From positions 29,519 to 93,518 of the forward strand of contig JAOADT010000004.1 in assembly GCA_026417175.1 (NCBI GenBank): DNA of 64,000 nt, given 5' to 3'. The notes beneath the pieces are model-generated. The model had not been told where the DNA came from. It made no database searches and was given only the letters and a program-made list of their open reading frames with translations. The stretch is from Deltaproteobacteria bacterium. Lineage in GTDB: Bacteria > Desulfobacterota > Syntrophorhabdia > Syntrophorhabdales > JANXAF01. The position numbers and the translations under genes were made by a program. Shown here piece after piece: positions 27,832 to 33,345 of the stretch; the stretch's first letter is position 1, and each line of letters opens with the position of its first letter.

Positions 27832-28592
27832 TTTAACCTTCCTCTGAGTACGCACTCGATTTCGCCTCTTAATCTTTCATTGGGCTTTGGTTCTTGATCT
27901 TCCACTTCTCCGAAACCTTCTATTCTTATGAACCTCGTATAGGCGCTCAATCTCAGCACAGCATCCCTCATGGTGTAACCTCTTAAATCAGGCATTATCC
28001 AACTTGAGTTATTATCTCTTGGTTCTTCTGCATAGTCCTTCTTACCTTCTGTAATAACATTATTTGACAAAAGCAGATGAGAGTATTTTTCTGGTACATA
28101 TTTCTTTTTCAGTTCATTCAGCTTTTCCAGTTCTAATACATAGCCTTTCCCCTGGAAAATAGCCTCGACCCCCAGGTCTTTAGGAATGTTCACACCTTCT
28201 TTTTCTAGAAACTTTGTAAGATAGGTCTTTCCCATGAGGCGGGAGAGACTTTCGAAACCTTCTCTGTCCTTATCTCTTATTATCTCGAGCGGCTTTTTCC
28301 ATGAAATATTATCACCTCTTCTTACCAAAATCAAATAATCCTCATCAATTTGACCTTCTTTTATAGCCGCAAAAACAAGTATGCATGGAAAAATGAGGGT
28401 GACGTCTTTTTCAGCCTCATAAGTCTTTTTCTCCCTTATTTCTATGGGTGCCACGCTTTGGACTAAAAAATTCTCTTTTGTTCCTTCCCTTCTTATTTCA
28501 ATTTTCTTTTGTAACTCTAGAATGATAATCGCATACAGTCCAGTAACTAAAAGAAAAACATATAAAGCTCTCCTATTTGTCCTTTTCTTCAT
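27828..28592 (-). CDS. Truncated, apparently catalytically dead FtsI/PBP3-like protein (TM anchor + degenerate transpeptidase remnant + PASTA-like C-terminus)
   Basis: 254 aa in the ftsI slot, ATGA-coupled on both sides. It has an N-terminal TM helix. IFPCILVFAAIKEG aligns by eye with PGSTFK..AAALEEG but has no Ser/Lys. ESLSRLMGKTYLTKFLEKEGVNIPKDLGVE resembles the SSN..LG...YL..FGFG..TGIDLPGE region without SxN. No KTG is present. The C-terminus MPDLRGYTMRDAVLRL...IEGFGEVEDQEPKP is PASTA-like. Confidence 0.65.
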   Translation of the reverse strand: MKKRTNRRALYVFLLVTGLYAIIILELQKKIEIRREGTKENFLVQSVAPIEIREKKTYEAEKDVTLIFPCILVFAAIKEGQIDEDYLILVRRGDNISWKKPLEIIRDKDREGFESLSRLMGKTYLTKFLEKEGVNIPKDLGVEAIFQGKGYVLELEKLNELKKKYVPEKYSHLLLSNNVITEGKKDYAEEPRDNNSSWIMPDLRGYTMRDAVLRLSAYTRFIRIEGFGEVEDQEPKPNERLRGEIECVLRGRLK

Positions 28593-28885
28593 TTGAGCAC
28601 ATACACCTCGTCCTCTTTCGGTCGTCTAAATCCTAGTTTTTCTTGGGCAAAAAGTACCATGAACCTCTCACGCGTAATTGTTAATATCTCTGTCTTTAAA
28701 GCTACATTTTCAGTTCTTAAACCATTCTCCCATAATAGCGCCTCAATCAAATCTTCTCTGGAAGAATTACATGCATTTCTTATGATTCCAAAAACGATGA
28801 GAAGCGCGATAAATATGATAAAATAAACAACCTGATTTTTTAGCTCCCCCGAGCTTTTTCTTTTTGTTCTGAGGAATTCTTTCAT
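28589..28885 (-). CDS. ftsL: Cell division protein FtsL
   Basis: 98 aa with a single TM helix and a coiled-coil segment. The C-terminal RERFMVLFAQEKLGFRRPKEDEVYVL matches the FtsL pattern. Positioned between rsmH and the ftsI slot. Confidence 0.8.
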   Translation of the reverse strand: MKEFLRTKRKSSGELKNQVVYFIIFIALLIVFGIIRNACNSSREDLIEALLWENGLRTENVALKTEILTITRERFMVLFAQEKLGFRRPKEDEVYVLK

Positions 28886-28894
28886 TTACCCCCC

Positions 28895-29764
28895 CTATAC
28901 CTTCTCTGCCACCCTTAGTTTCGCACTCCTTGATCTTGGATTTTTTAAGATTTCCTCCCTTTCTGGGGTAATTGGCTTTTTAGTTACAGGTTTTAAGGAA
29001 GACTCGTTCTTAAAAAACTCTTTCACAATCCTGTCTTCTACAGAGTGGAATGATATAACACCAATTTTGCCTCTTTTTTTGAGAATCCTACATGCATTAA
29101 CCAGTCCCATTTTTAGATTCTCCACTTCACGGTTGACCTCCATTCTTATTGCTTGAAAGGTTAATGTTGCAGGATGTACTCTTCCTTTTTTTCGTTTGGC
29201 TTTCTCTACAATTTCAGCCAGTTCTCTTGTTGTTTCGATATATTTGGTCTTTCTTCGGTTAACTATGGCTTTAGCTATACGAAGGGCCTCATTTTCATCT
29301 GAATTATTGCGAAGAATTTCTACCAATTTTGTCAACGGGTACCTATTTACGACATCATAGGCTGTAACTTCTTCCCTTATATCCATCCGCATGTCTAGAA
29401 ATTCGTCTTCTTGAAAACTAAATCCTCTTTTAGATCTAAGTTGGTATGAGGAGAGTCCAAGATCAAACAAAATTGCATCTACCATTTGGATTCCAATTTT
29501 TTGAAGAGCATTTGCCATATTCCTATAATTTTCCCTCAAGATAAAAACCCTATTGCCGAACTCTTTAAGCCTCTCCTTCGCAATCTCTAATTCATCTTCA
29601 TCCACATCAAAACCTACCACCTTGATTCTATCGAACCTTCTGAGAATTTCATAGGAATGCCCTCCTAGGCCCATTGTAGCATCCACAAAAACTTCCGTTT
29701 TCTCATCTACCAAGTTACAAATTGTCTCTTCAACGAGGACCGGGACATGGAGTACTTCGTCCAT
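28895..29764 (-). CDS. rsmH: 16S rRNA (cytosine1402-N4)-methyltransferase
   Basis: HVPVLVEE, DATMGLGGHS, DLGLSSYQL and FHSVEDRIVK. Confidence 0.95.
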   Translation of the reverse strand: MDEVLHVPVLVEETICNLVDEKTEVFVDATMGLGGHSYEILRRFDRIKVVGFDVDEDELEIAKERLKEFGNRVFILRENYRNMANALQKIGIQMVDAILFDLGLSSYQLRSKRGFSFQEDEFLDMRMDIREEVTAYDVVNRYPLTKLVEILRNNSDENEALRIAKAIVNRRKTKYIETTRELAEIVEKAKRKKGRVHPATLTFQAIRMEVNREVENLKMGLVNACRILKKRGKIGVISFHSVEDRIVKEFFKNESSLKPVTKKPITPEREEILKNPRSRSAKLRVAEKV

Positions 29765-30204
29765 TAAAGGCCAAGTTCTGACACTATATCCATAACCTTC
29801 TCCATATCGGAAGTTGCCTCCTTCACAACCTCATTCCATTTTTCTTTACTCCATATCTCGATCTTTTTATTCATCCCTATGATCACAACATCTTTCACTA
29901 TATTTGCATATGTCCTTAAAGATTGCGGAAGGAGAATTCTTCCCAATCTATCGATGGCACATTCACACACACCGGAAAAGTAGAACCTTAGAAAAGTTCT
30001 TGCTTCTTTTTTAAGAGAAGGTAGCTTAGATATGTTTTCTTTTATAATTTCCCATTCTCTCTTTGGATACGCAACAATACACCCGTCAAGATTTGTGAGA
30101 ATAAGATTCATGTCATAATGACGTGCTAATATTTCTCTGAACCTTGCTGGAATACTTACTCTATTCTTTTCATCGAGTGTATACTCAAATCGACCTTCAA
30201 ACAT
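29764..30204 (-). CDS. mraZ: Transcriptional regulator MraZ
   Basis: MFEGRFEYTLDEKNRVSIPARFR and a second SpoVT/AbrB-like repeat DRLGRILLPQSLR; first gene of the dcw cluster. Confidence 0.95.
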   Translation of the reverse strand: MFEGRFEYTLDEKNRVSIPARFREILARHYDMNLILTNLDGCIVAYPKREWEIIKENISKLPSLKKEARTFLRFYFSGVCECAIDRLGRILLPQSLRTYANIVKDVVIIGMNKKIEIWSKEKWNEVVKEATSDMEKVMDIVSELGL

Positions 30205-30207
30205 TTA

Positions 30208-30231
30208 CCACCTTATACCACTATTTTCCAC
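30208..30231 (-). promoter_or_regulatory. Candidate MraZ operator: three GTGG direct repeats with exact 10-bp phasing in the mraZ 5' UTR
   Basis: On the plus strand, ccac occurs at 30208, 30218 and 30228. The minus strand reads AAGTGGA / TAGTGGT / AGGTGGT, between the predicted -10 and the ATG. This matches the published GTGG/TGGG-type MraZ repeat logic. The proximal copy doubles as the Shine-Dalgarno. Confidence 0.5.
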
Positions 30232-30235
30232 TTCA

Positions 30236-30264
30236 ACTATATGCTTATGCGAATCCGATGTCAA
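30236..30264 (-). promoter_or_regulatory. Pmra-like sigma70 promoter for the dcw operon
   Basis: Minus strand TTGACA (30264..30259), 17-nt spacer, TATAGT (30241..30236); about 31 nt upstream of the mraZ ATG. Confidence 0.6.
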
Positions 30265-30938
30265 GAATTTTTTGTCTACCCTTATGATCTTTGGATATAG
30301 CTCGTATTTTCCACATCCAATCTATGGTTTTCGACTTCTTTAAAACAGAAAGGCATGAACTTAATAAAAAGTTACGGAAAGAAATCTTGTTTGAGGAATT
30401 GATAGAATACATAGGCTAATAAAAATCTTGGCCAATCCAAGGATATCCTGAGCACAAAAACCTAATAATACCGCAAAATTTTTAGATTTACTCTGTTTCA
30501 AATTTTGAGAAAGCCATTTGACCTTAAACTAATTGTTACCTAAAGCGTTCGTACGAATGAAAGATAGTTATAATACCATCAGAGAGTCAGGCGTAAAAGG
30601 ATTTTCTACTGCAATTAATTTTGCCTCTACAGGCTTTTCTGATACGTAAAAGATAGAGGATACTGGTTGTTTTTCAACTTTCTTTACACTTAATAATTTT
30701 TAAAAAGGAAATTAGAGATCCCTTCTAATCGTCGATATGGGAGTTTCCATCTCTTCTAACAATCTTTTAAATCGGTTCGAACTAAGTATAAAAGGTATTT
30801 ATCGCAAGAATTTGTCTAGGGCTGCCCACTTTTTGTTTTCCAAATGTGAGACTAAATGGAAAAGAAAAACACTTCTAAAGAGCCACAGAAAAACTGTGTT
30901 AACGGTAATCTCTTTAAAACTTCCTTTTCCCTTTATTA

Positions 30939-31406
30939 CTAAAATTGATCTCTCTCGATCCTATTTAGGCTTTTAAGAACCGCACATAGAAGTTTAGGTA
31001 AATTTTCCTTTACATCCGGGGAAAGCTCCAATCCAATCTCCAGTGACCTCGGCTCTATACCAAAAATCTCGATTTTCGGACTTTTGCCCAAAAGCTCTGC
31101 TGCTCTTAAAACATCTAATATGGTAATTTCGTGGGCTGAGTTTCCGAAAGAGGCTGGGAGTTTGCAGAAGTCATCTATCTTGAAATGATATACGGTACCC
31201 GGTTTTTCGCCACCTTTTATCGCATCTATTATGATCAACCGATCCGCCTCACATATCACATCAAGTAACCCAAAACCAAGGGTTCCTCCATCCAAAATTT
31301 CTACATTTTCCGGGATTTTTTCCTTTAACAATTCCTTTACGGCGTGAACGCCAACCCCCTCATCCGTGAGAAGTATGTTACCTATACCTAATACGACAGT
31401 TTTCAT
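30939..31406 (-). CDS. [NiFe]-hydrogenase maturation endopeptidase (HyaD/HybD/HycI family)
   Basis: VLGIGNILLTDEGVGVHAV, LDGGTLGFGLLD, IIIDAIKGGEKPGTVY and GIEP motifs; 155 aa. Confidence 0.88.
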   Translation of the reverse strand: MKTVVLGIGNILLTDEGVGVHAVKELLKEKIPENVEILDGGTLGFGLLDVICEADRLIIIDAIKGGEKPGTVYHFKIDDFCKLPASFGNSAHEITILDVLRAAELLGKSPKIEIFGIEPRSLEIGLELSPDVKENLPKLLCAVLKSLNRIERDQF

Positions 31407-31440
31407 GAAGCATAATTATCCATCTTATTTTTCGTCACTT

Positions 31441-31469
31441 TATCTATCAGCATCTGGAAATATTGTCAA
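31441..31469 (-). promoter_or_regulatory. Candidate sigma70 promoter for the hydrogenase protease gene
   Basis: Minus strand TTGACA (31469..31464), 17-nt spacer, TAGATA (31446..31441); about 35 nt upstream of the ATG at 31406. Confidence 0.45.
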
Positions 31470-31601
31470 GATAAATACGGGTCTAACTTCAGGAATTTTA
31501 AAAAAATGGCCTTTGCAGGGTTAAATTAATCCTTTCAAAATATAGAAAACTCGAACCAAATTTTGGAAACGAACAAATCACAAACAAACTCTGAAAATCC
31601 G

Positions 31602-31697
31602 TGGCGGAAGTGCATGGGAATCGAACCCACCTACCAGCTTTTGGCCGGTACACTGGTTTTGAAGACCAGGAGGCCCACCAGGCGCCTTGGCACTTCC
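31602..31697 (-). tRNA. selC: tRNA-Sec (anticodon UCA), CCA encoded
   Basis: The reverse complement is GGAAGTGCCAAGGCGCCTGGTGGGCCTCCTGGTCTTCAAAACCAGTGTACCGGCCAAAAGCTGGTAGGTGGGTTCGATTCCCATGCACTTCCGCCA (96 nt). It has an 8-bp acceptor GGAAGTGC/GCACTTCC, an anticodon arm CTGGT-CTTCAAA-ACCAG, a long variable arm TACCGGC-CAAAA-GCTGGTA, and a 5-bp T arm with a TTCGATT loop, which gives the bacterial 8/5 Sec architecture. Confidence 0.92.
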
Positions 31698-31703
31698 AAA
31701 AAA

Positions 31704-31732
31704 AATTTACTGAAGTACATATCCTTTGTCAA
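31704..31732 (-). promoter_or_regulatory. sigma70 promoter of selC
   Basis: Minus strand TTGACA (31732..31727), 17-nt spacer, TAAATT (31709..31704). Six A/T nucleotides then precede G1 of the tRNA. Confidence 0.6.
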
Positions 31733-31735
31733 TTT

Positions 31736-32182
31736 TTACTCGATTATAAAATCCCATGCGCTATCTTCTATCCAAAGACTAAAATATCCTCTGCCCAGGA
31801 CCTCTTTTGACTTGATCATATATGTCTTATCTTTTAGCTTTTTGATCTCTATTGAGATATCCCGTCCAAATATGAATCTGGGCTTTCCCACCAGAGAAGA
31901 GTGAAAAAATTCCATCGGGTTAAAAGTGAGTACTTCTATATTGTAGTCACCGTAAATTATGAAGTATTCAACGTCTTTTAAAAGAAATCTTGGAGGGGAA
32001 AGGCTTTCTATGTAGTATATACCCTCCTCTATGAAAACGATGTTGGGCATAAGTCTTATGAGACCTTTGGGAGTTTTAACATAGACCCCGTATTCTTTCG
32101 GTAACTGAAGTTTGTCAGCGGAGTAAGAGGAGCTGAGAATTAGAGCAAAGAGTACAATCAGAAAAATTAAAATGTTTCTCAT
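31736..32182 (-). CDS. Hypothetical secreted protein
   Basis: 148 aa with a signal-like N-terminus MRNILIFLIVLFALILSSSYSA; overlaps the yjbQ stop by 4 nt. No motif recognised. Confidence 0.6.
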   Translation of the reverse strand: MRNILIFLIVLFALILSSSYSADKLQLPKEYGVYVKTPKGLIRLMPNIVFIEEGIYYIESLSPPRFLLKDVEYFIIYGDYNIEVLTFNPMEFFHSSLVGKPRFIFGRDISIEIKKLKDKTYMIKSKEVLGRGYFSLWIEDSAWDFIIE

Positions 32183-32562
32183 AATAGAGTAACTACCACC
32201 TTTCTTTCTCTTGGTCCATCAAACTCCAAGAGAAATATGCCCTGCCAAGTTCCTAGGGCAAGTTTTCCTGACATTACAGGTACTTGAACGGAGGAACCAA
32301 CAAGGACCGATTTTATATGAGAATCCGCGTTTCCCTCGGTGTGTCTGTATGGAAAGTCTCGAGGGGCTATTCTCTCTAAAGCATCCAGAATGTCTTTCAT
32401 AACATTTGGGTCCGCGTCCTCATTGATTGTCAGACCACAGGTTGTATGTGGTGTGAAAACGTGGGCTAGCTTGGCCTCTTTTTCTTTAAGAACTGACTCT
32501 ACTTTCTCAGTTATATTTACGGCTTCTATTCGCTTCGTAGTCTTTATCCTTATCTCTATCAT
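32179..32562 (-). CDS. YjbQ/UPF0047 family protein (secondary thiamine-phosphate synthase-like)
   Basis: HTTCGLTINEDADPNVMKD, YRHTEGNADSHIKS and GTWQGIFLLEFDGPRERKVVV. Confidence 0.85.
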   Translation of the reverse strand: MIEIRIKTTKRIEAVNITEKVESVLKEKEAKLAHVFTPHTTCGLTINEDADPNVMKDILDALERIAPRDFPYRHTEGNADSHIKSVLVGSSVQVPVMSGKLALGTWQGIFLLEFDGPRERKVVVTLL

Positions 32563-32951
32563 CAGTTGTCCCTCTTTTCCTTTTTTTTCTTATAATCTTC
32601 GATTGCAGCTTTTAAGGCATCCTCTGCTAGTACAGAACAGTGCATCTTCTCCGGTGGTAAGCCCCCCAAGGCTTCTGCAACCACCTCATTGGTCAATTTT
32701 AATGCTTCATCCACAGTTTTCCCTTTTATTAATTCTGTAGTCATACTGCTTGACGCTATAGCTGCTCCACACCCAAACGTTTTGAATTTCGCATCTACTA
32801 TTATGTCATTTTCTATCTTTAGATAGAGTTTCATCACATCGCCGCATACGGGACTTCCCACTTCTCCTATCCCGTCTGCATCTTCAATCTCACCCATGTT
32901 TCTAGGGTTCATAAAATGATCCATAACCTTTTCACTGTATGGCCCTGCCAT
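32562..32951 (-). CDS. iscU: Fe-S cluster assembly scaffold IscU/NifU N-terminal type
   Basis: VMDHFMNPRNMG, GSPVCGDVMKLY, FKTFGCGAAIASSS and KMHCSVLAEDA (three conserved Cys). Confidence 0.9.
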   Translation of the reverse strand: MAGPYSEKVMDHFMNPRNMGEIEDADGIGEVGSPVCGDVMKLYLKIENDIIVDAKFKTFGCGAAIASSSMTTELIKGKTVDEALKLTNEVVAEALGGLPPEKMHCSVLAEDALKAAIEDYKKKKEKRDN

Positions 32952-33227
32952 ATACTCCTCCTCTTTTATATTAATTCATTAACTTCTTAACTTTCTATTG
33001 TACCTCTTCGCATACTAAGCTTCATTTTAATCCCATTTTTTCCTCAGAAAAAGCAATTACTCATTACCACATCTAATCAAAAATTCACCTTCCAAAAACT
33101 TAACCAAGGAACTTAAGGCTCCACATTTTGGAATCTTTGTTTAGTATACCACGCAGATTCTGACTTTTCTATGGATAAATCTTCTCTTTGTTAATGCTAG
33201 AGAGTTTTAAGGAATGCGAGTCTTTTT

Positions 33228-33257
33228 TTCGCCACATTTAGCTTCGCCACATTTAGC
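33228..33257. repeat. Perfect 15-bp tandem direct repeat (TTCGCCACATTTAGC x2) upstream of the XDH-family operon
   Basis: Read directly at 33228..33242 and 33243..33257. Related CCACATTT / CCACAT cores also occur at 33121 and about 33066. The repeat lies about 90 bp upstream of ATG 33346. Confidence 0.9.
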
Positions 33258-33345
33258 TGAAGTAGATGCGCGAAGAATCACAATTATCCAACTCTAAGAA
33301 TCTTTACCTTGACTGTGCACTAAAAAAAGTTGTACATCTCGGTAT

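Noticed and set aside
27828-28592. SWKK and SNN tripeptide/tetrapeptide matches to the SxxK and SxN motifs in the short FtsI-like protein.
   Set aside because: They are not in the sequence context or spacing of PBP motifs. The by-eye alignment puts the SxxK-equivalent position at PCILVF, and there is no KTG/KSG. They are considered chance matches.
30772-30790. A GGTTCGAAC T-loop-like sequence suggesting a second tRNA.
   Set aside because: The flanking bases cannot form a T stem (ATCGG vs TAAGT), and no acceptor or anticodon arms can be drawn.
30737-30976. A 79-aa plus-strand ORF in the long spacer upstream of mraZ.
   Set aside because: It overlaps the 3' end of the protease gene. It has Lys/Ser/Leu-rich low-complexity sequence, no Shine-Dalgarno and no motif. 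It is treated as noncoding.
31563-31904. Two plus-strand ORFs (113 aa and 69 aa) covering 31563..31904 and 31601..31810.
   Set aside because: They run antisense through the tRNA-Sec gene and the 3' end of the neighbouring minus-strand gene. The region is fully explained by selC and its promoter.
32952-33345. A Moco or other riboswitch upstream of the XDH-family operon.
   Set aside because: I found no match by eye to conserved Moco-motif segments or other riboswitch cores. The region is better described by the tandem repeat and promoter-like elements. An Infernal scan would be needed to be sure.
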